Source: Euglena gracilis (taxonomy: Eukaryota). Taken from it: DNA of 64,000 bases. The stretch lies in contig CP154954.1 in assembly GCA_039621445.1 (NCBI GenBank), positions 13,510,716-13,574,715 of the forward strand, given 5' to 3'. Of this stretch, positions 48,457 to 62,303 are shown one piece after another. Within the stretch, counting starts at the first letter, position 1. Every line of letters begins with the position of its first letter. The notes beneath the pieces are model-generated. The model searched no databases. It saw only the letters and a program-made list of their open reading frames with translations, and was not told where the DNA came from. Both the position numbers and the translations under genes were made by a program.

Positions 48457-48875
48457 TAACCCCCCCCCCCAAATACAAACCCCCCCGAAATACAAAACCA
48501 CACACAAATATAAAACCCCCCCTGAGGACCTTGAAATCCCGCCCGAATATAAAACCCCCCATCTGGCGCGAAGCACCGGAAGTAAAAAAACTTCGACAAA
48601 ACCTCTCCTGAAATTGTGATTTTTGGCAGATTTGGCAGCCATTTTTACCAAAAACGTGTGAAAATTGCTCCTTCGCCCGAAAAGTGAAATTTTTGGACCC
48701 CCAAGGGTGGGTGTATTTGTGATTTTGGACCAAAAAAGTGACTACTGGATCCTACCAAGAAGTTAATTTTCCAACGGAATATAAACCCCCCCACCGAAAA
48801 TAAAACCCCCCGTGGCGTCTTGAAATTTCTGCCCAAATATAAAACCGGCAGGGTTTTGTATTTGGGGGGGGGTTA
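48457..48875. mobile_element. MITE-like element
   Basis: Terminal inverted repeats TAACCCCCCCCC(C)AAATACAAA and TTTGTATTTGGGGGGGGGTTA, with subterminal AATATAAAACCCC repeats. No clear TSD. Confidence 0.65.
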
Positions 48876-49289
48876 CTAATGTGAGTTCATTTCTTCTGTT
48901 TCTGTGTACCTGGGCTTTCCTGGATGTCTTTGGACTTACTTCTGCAGGAAAACCATGACTTCCTTCTTCCCCAAAGACACAAATCTCATCACTCACATCT
49001 GGTGGAAGTTTCAATCTCATAAAGGTGTCATCCAGCGTCTGCAATCTCACATTGCAACCTCTGTCGGCTTGTACACACTTGGGCACAGGGGCATCTTCAC
49101 AGTGTCCTTCTTCCCGGGCTCAGACTGTCGATACCTGGTGCAACCTGATGCACCCTTTATGTGTTTACCCCTTGTGCCCTCCCCTGCCCCGTGTGACAGA
49201 ACCTCACCGTACCCCGTATCCCCCCCAAACGCCAGACCTGTCACACAAGCCCACGACGTAAAGAAACCTTCTATAGCCGGAAAGCCTCC

Positions 49290-50850
49290 CACCAGGTGAC
49301 CTCGTTCACTAGCTGCTCGAAGATCTTAGTGGCAGCGTGCATCTGAGGCCAAACAAACCTCACAGCACAAATGTTTTTCGGATGACATGAAACAAAGACC
49401 ACAGTCCCTTTAAACGCTGGGCAAGCTCAAAGGGACTGTCCTTCGCCAAGAAGCCGGAGATGTCAGAGTCATCCATCCGCGGGAGCGTGCATACCCAGTC
49501 GCATTCACAATTTGGTCCGGGGTGAGATTCGTCCCGTGGTACGAGTGATGAAAGAGGTGTGCGCCGGGACCTTTTCGTTCAGGGGGGGGAGACGGGGTCC
49601 TGCACAAGGGAAAAACTTAGTGGGGAACTCTTTTGGAGGACCGGGACCTTTGTGCACGGGATTAAAAGCAAGTGATGTCGTTGTTCTTGGACCAACTCTT
49701 ACATCGTCTACATTTTAGATGCTGAATTGATGCCGTGCCTTTGTTCCACATCACGGGGGCTGTCATTTCTGCATATCCACACGTTATGACAAAAATCAGC
49801 AAAGACACGGGAAGTGGTCAAAGCAATGACACCGCATTCCAGCTCCTTCTGTGCATGGTCGATGGCCTCCAAAAGTTTTTGGCCCAGCCGTTCCGCATTA
49901 TGTGGTTGACCACTTGTGTCCTCGGCAAACAGCAGGTAGCGTGCCCCCTCAACTTGAATGCTTGTGACCAAAGTTGGGTCTGGGCAGAACATGAAGGGGG
50001 GATAATTTATTTGAGCGTACAACATTTTTGTACAAAGGACTTCATTTTGCAGTTGTTTTTGTGGCAAAAAAAATGTGGTTTTACATCAAAGAATGCATGT
50101 ATTATGCTGTGGTGGGGAGGGGAGTCTACTCCGCCCCAGGCCGAAAAAAAACTATCCCCGCACGGGGTCCGGGACCCGAGAAACCCCTCGTAGGCTGCCA
50201 GAAACATATCATTCCCTATCACCAAAGCGGATAACCTTCACCTTCTCCAATTCCACAACGTCCTCACTCGCATCTTGCGCTGCCATGTCCAACCAATGTG
50301 CGGTGGCATCAGGTCCAGCAGGGGCCGTCCATCCATCCATTTCCAGGGATGCAAACTTACCTTTCAAACGGGAGTTAAAAATTGAATTGTTTGATAAAAA
50401 TACGGTCCAACAGCTCACTCCTTGGGGAAACTCGTTCTGCCGGCCTGTACCCCGGCCTACACCTCCATCAAACGGCGGAATTCCGGGTGTTTCACACAGC
50501 TGGACGGCAAGTTGGCATCCACCGGGAAGCGGCACAACTGTTCGTCCAAGGCCTGCTTCGTTTCCTTGTCGGCTACGACCGGCTGCAAAATCGCCTGCCT
50601 TGGCCGTTTCCTTGGGGGTTCTGTGATGTTCAGCACCAGTTCTTCTACAGAAGATGAAGATGATGGTACTGCTTCTGTCAACACGGTACGTATCAATCCC
50701 TTGCAGCCTTGTGCATGGTTCTACGTCCGCTGGACCAGGGGAACCATCTCTGTGTCGCACCCCCGACAAGTAGCACGAGTGCGCCCACTACACAGTTGAT
50801 GTTTCACGAAGCAAACACCACGTGCCCGTCTTGCACCATGCATTGTGCTG
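49290..50850 (-). pseudogene. hAT-family transposase remnant
   Basis: BED-like finger ATCRGC..MVPLVQR..NH..GC, then ANLPSSCVKHPEFRRLM, SLEMDGWT, DTSGQPHNAERL and a C-terminal AASER. Fragmented. Confidence 0.78.
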
Positions 50851-51449
50851 AAACAACATAAGAGGGCGTGTCAAGACAAGGACGGCGGCCTAGGAGGATC
50901 ACTCGGAGCCGAAGTTCCTGGTGGTCAGAGGAATATACAAATCTTGGTGCAAGGATGTAGGGAAGAGGGTGGGATGAGGCAGCGTTGGTCGTTGAAGTGT
51001 CCCGGAAGAAATAGCAGAGTGGGAATGAGGGAGGGAGAAATAAAACGGTAAGCAATTCCCAAGGGAACAGCAGCGGGGGTAGGGCAGAGTCCTGGAAGGA
51101 GAAAGCTGATGTGTTAGGGAACAGTTGTGTCGGGATGGGGGATGGTGTATTGTGCCGGGGGAAAGGGCTTTGTTTCAGCTGAGTAAGGGCTTTGGGGTCT
51201 GTGTGAGCTCGGTCTGTTTGCTTCAAAATTTCAGTTTTTCATATAGTGTTGTTTGACGTTTTTGGTCATGCTGTTTTTGCTTCGTTGTGTTTTTTCTTAT
51301 GCATATGGATGGAGTGTTATTTTGTCTTCTGCCCTCTGTCGTTTCTTTGTTGGCGTCATCGCTTGCCGGGCCATGGGTATTGCATTGCACATCCTGGCTG
51401 GACAGGAAGCACCTGGGGTCCTTGTGGCCCAATATATGTAGTTAACCGC

Positions 51450-51830
51450 ACATGAGAAGCCAGTGTGCGCAGGATGCAGACAGAAATGGATTGCAAAAAG
51501 CGTTCCACTCTCTCGGCTTTGATTTCCATGATTGTGGTATTTTCCGCCTAAAGTCAGCGGATATGATGAAGCAACGGACTGCCTTCACTGGTCATGCCTC
51601 CCCATGGATGAAGAACCAGTGCCGTAATGTCCCATCGGACTCTCTCACAGGCCACCGCATATTTTTTGAACTTGGATTGTTCTTCGCGTAGCAACATTTT
51701 CTTGACAGAGTGCTGTGAGGTGCGTGGTTCAGAAGTTCGCAATGGGTGCACAATAATAAGATCAGTAGCCAAAGGTGGTCCTCCCCTCCACGTGTAAAAG
51801 AAGTCGGGAGCCATCATGCAGTTGGGGTTC
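51450..51830 (-). pseudogene. Restriction-like endonuclease C-terminus of a non-LTR retrotransposon (CRE/R2-type)
   Basis: PDFFYTWRGGPPLATDLIIVHP...EEQSKFKKYAVAC...LVLHPWGG, followed by QSISVCILR; this is a PD..D..K..KY pattern. Confidence 0.75.
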
Positions 51831-53471
51831 TTTAGAGGAGGTAATACCATCCCAGAGGAGGCAATATCAGGCGTAAACACGTCAGATTCGCGGCGGGTGG
51901 CACAGCTTCACCCAGACCGTGCCCCGGGCCCAGGGTATCGTCACTTTTAGCCCTCGCCACAAGAGGAACACCCTTGTGACTTCCTGTGCCTCCACAGGTC
52001 GCGTCCGGGTTATACTGCCGGAAGTATACACTGCGTGGTACGTCACTTTTTGGTGGTTAATGGTTAGAGGAAAATGGGCAAAACCCACTTTCTATAAATA
52101 AGGCGGCGGGGGGTGCGTTGGGTGTTTGCCTGGCGCGGCGTGTTTGTGTTTGGTGTGTGTCTGGAGGAAGAAAAACGGGCAAACCCCACTTTCAATACAT
52201 AACGCGGGGGGGGGTGGCGTTGGGTGTTTGCATGGCGAGGCGTGTTTGTGTTGCAGTGTGTGTCTGCTCAATGTGCTGGGTGGCTGGGGGTGCGTTTGCC
52301 CCGCTATGTGTCTGCTCTATGTTCGCATTGTGTTCTTCTTATGTCAGGTTGGGTGTGGTTGTTTCAAGGCTTTTTGCTGCTTTTTGCCACTGTCTTCTCG
52401 GTCTTTTTTGTGTCAATTGGGATCGCGAGGGAATTCGCCTAGGACCCAAGGACGGCTGCTGTGCTATTCCTTCACTCTTTTTCAGGCCGATGCTTCGGTG
52501 TTTGCTTCGTCTTCCTGCATGTGGTTTCCTGCTGCATCAGCGGTGAGTGTCCACCACTCCCATTTTGGTTTTCTCGTTTCGTGGAACCCCGCATCCATCG
52601 CTGCTGCCAATTGTCTTGCTGTGTCTCGTGCTGAGACGAACGTCAATTCGGCCCAGGCGTTGTTATGCTGCACGGCAACTACCTCTTGGGCTTCTATGAT
52701 AGTGTCTTGCAAGATTCGCCGAATGAGGTCAGTTCCCTTGCCTGTCCATCCACTCCAAGGGTGTGTTACAGCAGGGATCAACTTGTAACCAACCCTTGAG
52801 CATCGTTGTTCATACTTACTGGTTTTTTGGTCTTCAGCTTGCTTGACGGTTCTTTTGGCTTATTCGGGCGACGTTACATTATCTCTCAGGTGGAGGGGAT
52901 GCACGCATGTCGAGGCCACAGCCACGTTTTGGCATTGCGAACGATGAATCAGCATATTGGCCGGTGTGTCGTTTTCTGGGAGTGCTTGCTTTTTGTGCGG
53001 TGTGTCCCCCTCTTCGCATCAGTTCCAGTTGCTTTTCTTGGAGGTCACAGTGTCTCAGGGCAGACTCTGAGAAGGTACCGGGTCAGGTCTGATTCCTTCT
53101 CTCTTTCGGGAGATGTTTGTTCAGCTCCATCTTTCCAAATGGGTGAGTGACTCTTTCCGGGTCACCGAGGCCGTCGGGTCGGTGAGTTGCAACATCCGGG
53201 CAAGGTCAGTGCTCAACCACGGGTCCAACCTGGTGACAGCCAGGTTGAACCTACAATCGAGCCCTCACGCCGTGGGAACGCTGAAACTGAGCGTTCAAAC
53301 GTGCAGCGCCATGGGAACTTCCCGTGGTACCACGGCCATTCCTAACCCCACCCGGCAGCGCCGCCGTGCCGTGGCTGGTTCGAACCTTACACCAGGATTT
53401 GAACCTGCGCGTCCAGCGGATGGTACCGATTGAAGCCGGCCATCTGTCCGCTAGACTAACGCAGAGAACAG

Positions 53472-56400
53472 TGTGCGCAGCCGGAAGCAGGACCTGGGCG
53501 CAAATTTTTTGTGAATTAGGACTGAGTGCGCGCGCTGACTTCCGGCGCCTGGTACATGTTTTATATCTTTTTCACAGGCAACCCTCATGAGACAATTGCA
53601 GGGATGGCAACCCCTGTTTATCCATTAAATTGATCAGGAGTTTCCACTTGGATGACAGAAAGGCTGGGTGTGAGTTGCGACCCCCTTGCCTGGGTTCAGA
53701 TTTGTTATTTGACTGTGTGCAGGCTTCTTTTCGGGTGTGTGCTCCGGCTCCCCATGTTGAGGAGTTTGGCATCAGATTTTGCTAGTTTCTGTGAGTTATT
53801 CTGTGACTGTGCACGCTACATTTCCCCATCTCCCCTGCCATTGGTGTTGGTGCCATGCCTGGGAAGAGGAAAGATTGGTACCCAAAGCGCAAGGGAGAGG
53901 GAAAAAAACCTGCGCCAACGGAGGTGGCGGACAGGTTTCACAATTGTCTCACAGTGGTTGATCCAGCATTGACATTGACACAAGTGCCATGTGTAGGAAT
54001 CAGGCCTTTTGGTGGCCAGTTGTCTACAGATGCCCAGTCCAGCCATTGTCAGTCTGGGAATGTGCCAGTTGGCTTGGAGCCAGTGGGTGATTCAACAGTT
54101 GCAGACATGATGACACATTCCGTCATTGGGGATAGCTTGATGACACATTGCGGCATTGGGGATGGCATGATGACACATTACGGCATTGAGGATGGCTTGA
54201 TGACACATTCCGTCATTGGTGACGGTTTGATGACACATTCCGTCATTGGCGATTCTGGCATCATTGTGTGTCCTGGCATGCCAGAACCTGGCATCACACC
54301 CCACGGTGGCATGCCGTTTGATGGGCTACGAAAGGGTGACCACATTGGTGATGGTCGGCATCATGCACTCACCTGGAATGCCGGAACCTGGCATCATTCC
54401 CATTGGTGGCATGCTGGATGACGGCCAACGAGAGGGCATCGGAGACTCCCATGACGACATTCGTGACGTGTATGATGATGGCCGTTCTGTCCAAGTATTC
54501 CAGACACCGGCCCATTGCGATGGGTTTTGTTGGGCAGATCACCCCTGCCGGTGCCAGAAACCAATGGAGATCCAGGGAAGCAGCCCAATTCAACGCCACT
54601 GGAGACCCGTATGCTGCCATCATGGCCAACATCGTAAAGGCGGCACAGCAGGTAACATGGCAAGAGACCGAATCCCCGCATGCTTCGGCCTGGGAGTTTT
54701 CGGTGCTGGCCATGATGGGGCTTGCAACCCCAGGGGCCGCCGAAGCCCCGTACATTTTCTCAGGGAAGCCGAAGGAGAAGTCCCCATGGACATCGCCGCC
54801 AGCCTCGAGGCCTCCAGGCGGGCCAACCATGAGTTCACCTTCGAGGCAGAGGACGCCCACTGGAGGGCCATGGCGACGGCGAGACCATTGACGGGAACGG
54901 AGAAGCGGTGACGCCGACCATCCCATCTCGAGCACCACCGGGCCACATTGCCCATCATGCCCAGAGGGTCGCGGGTGTGGTTGCTGCATGTGTTTGGGTT
55001 TTAGAAAACGAAAGGGGTGCCTCAACCCGAGTCGAAGAGACGGGACTGGACGGGGCGAAGAGTTCTGTCCAGGGGATTCTACCTTAGGGGATCTAAGGGG
55101 ATAACCATTGGGGAGTGGTTGGGAGTGTGAGTTTTTCGCCCCTCCCAATTCAGATTTGAGACATCGTGAATTAAGTTTCCAGTTGGGGGTGTGAGTCCCG
55201 ACCCCTCCCATCTGGGTCATTGTGCATTTTGGTGTTTTGCTTCGGGAGCGTGTGTCACGGCCTCCCGAGAAAAGTGTCCCAGTGTTCAAGTCCAACAGTG
55301 GTAGAAAGTGGGAATTGTTCTTGTACCCTGTGTGTGCCGAGGCCCCAGGGTGGTGAGGAGAGTCGTGTATTTTGGGGACAGCCCTGTGAGTGTTCCGAAC
55401 CCAGGGGTTTATTTCTGTCAGTGGAGCTTATTTTTGTATATTTTTTTGGCCAACATGGAGTTTTTCCCAGTGTGTGTTTCGACCCCTGGGCGTTTTTGCT
55501 GTGGATTCTGCCAGTTGTCCTTGTATCCTTGTTTCATTCTTCCCCTCCCCATGCGAAGTCCAAACAACGGAATTTGCAAAGCCTCCGACAGGTGATCGGA
55601 GAAACCCCCCGGGACGAGTCTCGACCTCCCGAGGGACAAGACGGCGGTGGCCTTCGACGACGGAGCCGTATTTTTTGCAGCCGACCCATTATTCGCCTTA
55701 GACCAGATTCATTTCCTATTTTTGCATTGTATTCTGAGTCGTTCGGTTTCTTATTCCCCCCCTCGGGGTGGGTTTCGACGCCCCCGGAGGGGAGGAAGGG
55801 GGAAGGGGACGTCCCAGACGAGGGCAGTTTGACCCCCCCGGGCAAGTTTCCACCCTCGGGGGGGACGGACGGGACCCCCCCGGGGGGACGGACGGGACCC
55901 CCCCGGGGCGAATTTCGACCCAGGGGGACAGACGCCCCCCCCCCTTGGGGAAAAGGCCAAGGAAGTTCAGGCTGCACAGGAGTCGTTTATAAATTGCCCA
56001 GCAGTTTTTGTGGCGAGGGGAGTGTGCGCAGCCTGAAGCAGGACCTGGGCGCAAACTTTTTGTGAATTAGGACTGAGCGCGCGCGCTGACATCTGGCGCC
56101 TGGCGCATTTTTTATATCTTTTTCACAGGCAACCCTCATGAGACAATTGCTGGGATGGCAGCCCCTGTTTATCGATTAAATTGATCAGGAGTTTCCCCTT
56201 GGTTGATAAAAAGGCTGGGTGTGACTTGCAACCCCCTGGCCTGGGTTCAGATTTGTGATTTGGCTGTGTTCAGGCTTCTTTTGGGGTGTGTGCTCCGACC
56301 CCCCCTTTTGGGGAGTTTGGCTTCAGATTTTGCTGGTTTCTGTGGGTAATTATGTGATTGTGCACGCTACGTTTCCCCATCTCCCCTGCCATTGGTGTTG

Positions 56401-56491
56401 GTGCCATGCCTGGGAAGAGGAAACATTGATACCAAAAGCGCAAGGGAGAGGGGGAAAAACCTGCGCCAACGGAGGTGGCGGACAGTTTTCA
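53472..56491 (+). mobile_element. Non-autonomous LTR element (~3.0 kb) with self-complementary PBS
   Basis: ~470-bp direct repeats at 53472-53940 and 56023-56491 (TG...CA). PPT GAGGGGAG precedes the second repeat. Flanks ACAG/ACAT may be a 4-bp TSD with one mismatch. No pol motifs. Confidence 0.8.
54100..54260. repeat. 30-bp tandem repeat, 5 copies
   Basis: TGATGACACATT(C/G/A)CG(T/G)CATTG recurs every 30 bp. Confidence 0.88.
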
Positions 56492-57919
56492 ACATCAGTT
56501 AAGAACCAGGATCTCTTTCGCGATGTGAATGGTTGGAAATGTGGTTTAATACGGTTTTTTTTATTTAACTCCTCCGAAGTGTTTAAAATTCAACCCCTGA
56601 TCCCTCGAGGCAAACCGACAAAGGACGAAGGGACACCGAGGGCGAAGCACAATGGCCTTGTGAGCCCGAACGTCCCACATGAAAAGAAATTTTGTGTCCA
56701 AGAGCCCTCAGTCAGCAGGAAATGTGGGCCAGAGGGACGAGAGAGGGGGGCCACACTCAGGGGAAAGAAGCAACGACGCCTCGTCGGAGCTGCATCCTCA
56801 GCCAACTCCGGCGAGGCGAACCCAGCAGGGACACCAAACGGGGCACACCAATTACTTCGAGGGAGCACGAGGATCCTCTGGCTCTGCACTTTACGCTTGT
56901 GAGGGCTGCTTGTACATTAAAACTAGGGAGGCGAGGACATTTTACAATTCACCTCGGCACCAAGTCGTTGATAATGGGCTGCAAAATCCTCCAAACCCCT
57001 CCACTGGACAATTTCACTTCTTGGGCAGAAAGGCCCAATTTTTTGAATTAACCAACTCCGTTAAGTGAAACGGAACCCCGTCACCTGGGGCTTCAATCTT
57101 TCCTTGGCCAAATATTGTTTTGTGATGGACGCAATTGTGTCTGCAGTTATGGCCTGAAGAGGGGGTAGGAATTTGGCCTGGGGGGTTGGGGGTTGTGGCG
57201 GTCGACCATGGTCGGCCCACGGTCGCCTCGGTCGCACTCGGTCGTGGATCGGTCGATGTCAAAAAATGTGTGCCCAGGCAAGTTAGCGCAACATACACAC
57301 AAAAAGAGTTGCAAACATAAGGTATTTTGTTATTTTAGTGCCGACGAACAGTTGCCTACGGCGCTACATGGCAAGAAAAACTCAGTAGGACATACCCAGG
57401 GCGACCGAGGGCGACCGCAGCGACCGTGTGGGGTTGGTACACCCCTCCCACCCTCCATTTCCAAGAGGCTCACCACGCCTTCCCCCCCCCCCCTAGCCAG
57501 ACCCCCTCGCCACGCCACCTGTTACAATTTTGATTTTGCAACCATGGTACACCCCTCTTCCCCGCCATCTGAGACCCCCTCGCCACGCCATTTTCCCGAT
57601 ATTCCCCCCCCCTATTTGGACCCCCTCTCCACGGCGTACCAACCCCCCCCCTGGGCCGACCATGGTCACACTGGTGGTTCGTTTGATCTGTGCCAGGTCT
57701 GTGGATCGATGTAAAGAGAGGATTTGTGAGCAAAAAAAAATTGTATGTACAAATGTCATTGGACACAGACGCCTTTGCCAGCCCCAGGAGGGTTGTGAGT
57801 GGTTTCCAGATCTTTAAAGGCCCTTAGAAACGGCAGGGCCAATCCGTTGCACCTTATCTGGCCCAAAATGGCAGCCGGTTTCCTTTTTGACATGAAATGT
57901 TTTTCTTCGCACATTTTTT

Positions 57920-58480
57920 CCTAGATCCCTTTTTATAGTCTTGACTTTTTGGACTGGCACGTGCAATTTTCTGTCCTGTAAATTTTATTGAAAACCCAAA
58001 TGATTTACTATCTGGGATTGATAGAATAGATAGGCTGCAGGGTGGACTTTTTTGTGTTTTATTTTGAACCCCTATTTTACTAATTCCCTGATCACAGTGT
58101 TTAGATGATTATGCAAAATGTGTTGCGTTGGTGCCACCAGAAAAACATCGTCCAGGCAAATAAAAACCCATGTGCCCCTTTTTTTCCACAGTTTTTCGAA
58201 CGTTTTCATCACACTCATTAAAATTTGTTGCATCAAGTTTAACCAAAAGCAGCCTTCCTTGGAATTCCCAGGTCTACCCCCACACTGGATGCCTTAAGCG
58301 TGGCCTCAAGGCCTGGCCCACTGGGATGTGGAAATTGGCATCTTCGAAATCTATTTTGGCCGCCAACCGCCCTTTCTCCAGAACAGAAAAATGTGTGCCT
58401 AGCTTGGAACTGTTGATTTGGTTCCTTGCAGACGCTTATCAACAGTTTTCCGCCCTTGCCGGTTCAGTGACCGTGCACAG
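57920..58480 (-). pseudogene. DIRS/Ngaro-like reverse transcriptase remnant
   Basis: AAKIDFEDANFHIPV and VMKTFEKLWKKRGTWVFICLDDVF. DNA-level homology to ~20018-20350. Confidence 0.78.
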
Positions 58481-58799
58481 AATGGGCTGTCCGCTAGGCT
58501 GAGTGAGTGAAAAAGGTCTCACGGCGCTCTGGTCAAAATTGGCACACCCACCTCAACAATTTCGTTTTTTTGTCGCTTTAGGTCCTTGAATTCAACCAGA
58601 ACCTGGGTTCCGACAGCAAAGTAAAACAGAAATTGGGAGGACGGCCAACTTTTGGGGGGTGCCTTGAAGCAGTAGGGGAGGGAGGAGGAAAATCCTGGTT
58701 AACTTTGTAAAAAGGGTAATGGGGAGGAGCGGAACAACTTCTCGAATTCTTCGTGTAATCCTTCTTGCTTGCCCTTTTTTCGAACAGAAATTGCCGTTT

Positions 58800-59127
58800 C
58801 GTGTACCAGGAGTATGCTTCTGTCCACTTCCGATGAGGAAATTAGGATGCAAGCAGATCCTATTAGGCTTTCCTAATGTGTGCTCCTTCTATCTCCACAG
58901 GTGATATTCTGTTATATTCTTATTCTTTGTTTGTTTTCCTTTTCTCTGGACCCCACTTAGTTAACCAGTCCGACCTCCCCGCATCGCTCTGTGCTTTGCT
59001 TGTTGGGAAGTTGGGAAAAGGGTTTTTTCTGTTACTCTGGTTCTCAGTTCCCAAGTAGGTGCGCCAAGGCGAAAGCGAAGGCTTTTTTTGGGGATTGGGA
59101 AAGGGAATTGGGAATCAGACGTAAGCT
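58800..59127 (+). repeat. 5' LTR of an ORF-X family element, followed by PBS TGGTAGCAGA (59128-59137)
   Basis: Homologous to 18028-18328; starts CGTGTACCAGG. Confidence 0.82.
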
Positions 59128-59338
59128 TGGTAGCAGATTGGTTTGATCCCTCGCTGACTGGCAGCGGGGAGCCCCTGCTCCGTTATTGCACGGTTGCAGC
59201 GTCAGCTTTAGGGTTCTCAACGTCTAAGCAGACGAGCAGGCTCCGGAAGGGTCTCTACGGTATCACCCGTTACAGCCCCTCTGGTGCCAACACAACTGAT
59301 TACTTTTGTGGGTTTTTTGCTGTTTTTGCAGTCAGAAA

Positions 59339-62303
59339 GATGCAAAGCACAGGCCCCAACCATCAGTTGAACTAGGCCTTATTACAGGCGTCATTGCAAG
59401 ACATTGACCAAGAATCTGGGGATTGGAAGCTTTTATGTGAAACTGCTTCCAGTTCCCACGCCTATGAGGCACAAATGGGTTGGTTCAATTGTCACAATGG
59501 CAACATTTGTCATCATTGACAGTGGTCGGCGATGAGCCCTCCACATCATTGGATTCAGAGGCTAATGCGGCCTCTTCCGCACTCACCTTACCACAACGGG
59601 GGTATTGGCCTCTGTCTGCATCAACCGTGCTGCTGCGCACACCAGAGAGACCCGTGGTGGTTCCGTCACCTGGCTTCTCTGGTGTTGGTGGGCTAGAAAC
59701 ACCTGTTTCTTTCAACCACCACCAGCTCTCCCACCTGCAAGCCCTTACAGAGCTTTGCCATCACCACCCGGTCCTGGGTGTTATCCCACACTACCTTGGC
59801 AACCGGAGACTTGCCTAGTGGTACCGGAATTCTCTGGTACATCCCAACCCATGGACGGCTATGGGAATGACATTGGGGACCCCCTCACTGCTGAGGATGT
59901 GCAGGATATCGTTGCCCAGCTTCCAGGGGTCACCCCCTTGTGAGGCAGTTCAACCATGTGCAACAATGCGTTGCAGATTGTGCAACCGCACTAAACAAAG
60001 TGCTTCAGTTTGATGAGGACAACCAGAAACATGTCTTCACCAAGCTGGAATACTGCTGGAATTACTTGCAGGAAGTTGGCAAATACGGTCAGCGGAATTT
60101 CGAAAGTGCGGGTATTGACGTTGCAAACTTTCTGGATTCCTTTGACAAAATGTGCCAACAACTGGCACAAAACTTCCGGCAAATTAGTGAATGCATGCAT
60201 GAAGCGGAAATGCGGAATGACTCCAAGTTTATACACTTGCATGACTCACTACAACGACTATCAGGACAAACTGAGTCCTGTTCATCAATGTTGTTGCATT
60301 TGCAACAACAGTGGCATGCACGAGAGTCCTCGTCGGCAACAACCAGCGGTGGTGCATTTGTGTCTGTGGACCACTTAAACACCCTATCCGGCACTTTTTA
60401 TGAATCGCAACACCGCATTATGCAGTTGTGCAATGAAACGGAAACGTTTCGACAAATCCAGTCACACGCCAACGAGAATTTTGCTCCCCACACGTATGTG
60501 CGGCAGTTGTAGGAGCGACTTTCCAGTTTGGAACAGAAAACCTGCTATTGTGACGCGAATCAGGTTGGATTATCCAATCTGAGCGAAAACGTCGCGGAAG
60601 TACCACAACGGCAGGAGTCCATGCAATTGCAGTTGCATTCCGAAATTAGCGGTATTAACTCGGCCATTGCGGGCTTGCAACAAAGTGTGCGCGGTCCGAG
60701 GGTGCCCGCCCCAAGGTGGGGTCCCAAGGGGGCCCAAAAAGGCCACGAAGGGCCGGGAGGGGGCTCCAGGGCCCTCAAGGGCCTTTTGAGGCCTCCCTAG
60801 CCCCCAAGGGGGCCCCACAGACCGTTTGGAGCAAGCCAAGTGAAGGTAAAGGAGGGGGTAGGTTGAGGGGGCCAACAGGTAAACCCAAGGGGATGTGCAA
60901 GCCCCTCCGGGCTTTGCGCAAGCATGCGCACCCCCTTGATGGGCGCTTGGGATGGCGCAATTCATTTAGAAATTCGCAAAGTATACCAAGTAGCCCCCCC
61001 AGCTGTGGCCTCCCCCAATTGTACATTTTCTTGGGGTTTCCCCCTTGGTGATATAGCGGGGTAGGGGTGGGTGTTGGTGTAGCCGGAGATGTTGAATAAT
61101 GGGGGGAAGACATACTTTTGCCTCAACAAACGAACTTGAGTACTTGATGAATGAGAGTTGAACTTGAATTTTTAATTAATTCTTTCCTTGATTTGTCTTT
61201 TGCAATGCACAATTGAATGACAATGTGAGAACACAGTCGATAGAGTAAATGGGGCTCAAATGCAAACCATCCTCGCAGGTTGCGCCACAAGGGGTCCCTT
61301 CACAGGGCACTCAGGAGGGGCAACCCTTACAAAACCTATTCCGCAACTTTCTAACCGAGTTCCGGACATTAGCGGTATTCAAACAGCTATTGGGGAACTC
61401 CAGACCCGGTATGCATCGGTGTCTACCAAAGTAACGGAAATGCAGTCACTGCTTGCAGGTTTCAGTTCCCGGATTACCGAGAAACCAGATTTCAAAGCAT
61501 TTTATGACAAAATGCCCACGGGTAATCATGAAACATGAAACCTTGCAAGATTTCTGCAACAGCATATTACGGCTTGAGGAATCAGTGAATCGGAATGCCC
61601 GATCCACGCAAGGTGAGAATACCAGGTTGGATGAGCAAATTTCTGCCTTGCTGGATAACCCACAACCCGGAAATTTCCCCGTGGGTACCACAACCGCGTT
61701 GTCGGATAACCCTGCACCGGTAGCACCCACCACCACAAAACCAAGGTGACACCACCTTTGCGAATTCTCTCAAACGCAGTGAAAGCATTAACGGGACAAC
61801 TGCAATCATTGGATGAGTCTCACTTGAAAATTGTCCAAGATGTTACCGTAATTTCCGAAAGGATTCTGCATTTGGATGACGTTTCCCGTTACCGCAAGCG
61901 TATTAGCGCTTTGGAGGAAGATGTTAACCATATTTTCGGCCAACTTCAACTCGTTGAGCATTTGGAACAAAGTCTGCATGACTTGTCTGTGGGTTTGGAC
62001 AATTTGTCCAACCAACAGCGGGTTTCACACCGCAATTCGGCAGTATGCATTGCTGAAGATGCGCCAAATGTTCCAGGGTCGTGTTTCCATAACCCGATTC
62101 TAGGTGCACATGCACCACCACCACCCGTGTCCTTCGTGTTACAATCCGCGATTCCGCGAATTGTGCCACCACTGGCCTTGCCCATAAGCCAAACCCAGTT
62201 TTCGGATAAATTTCCCATTATGGGAACCGAATTTTCGGAAAGCACGGCGATTCCCCTAGTCTACACCAAGAAATCCAAATTTCCATACTTGTGCGCAGAA
62301 TGA
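59339..62303 (+). pseudogene. gag-like coiled-coil ORF remnant (stops, frameshifts, insertion at ~60695-61245)
   Basis: A chain of helical ORFs downstream of the LTR and PBS. Protein-level match to 10560-11081. The gag identity is inferred from position only. Confidence 0.6.

Noticed and set aside
52300-53300. Possible LINE ORF1 remnant on the minus strand
   Set aside because: It looks coding-like, but I could not identify a diagnostic motif.
54100-54260. CRISPR-like array
   Set aside because: Contiguous 30-bp units with no unique spacers and no cas genes; it is a minisatellite inside an LTR element.
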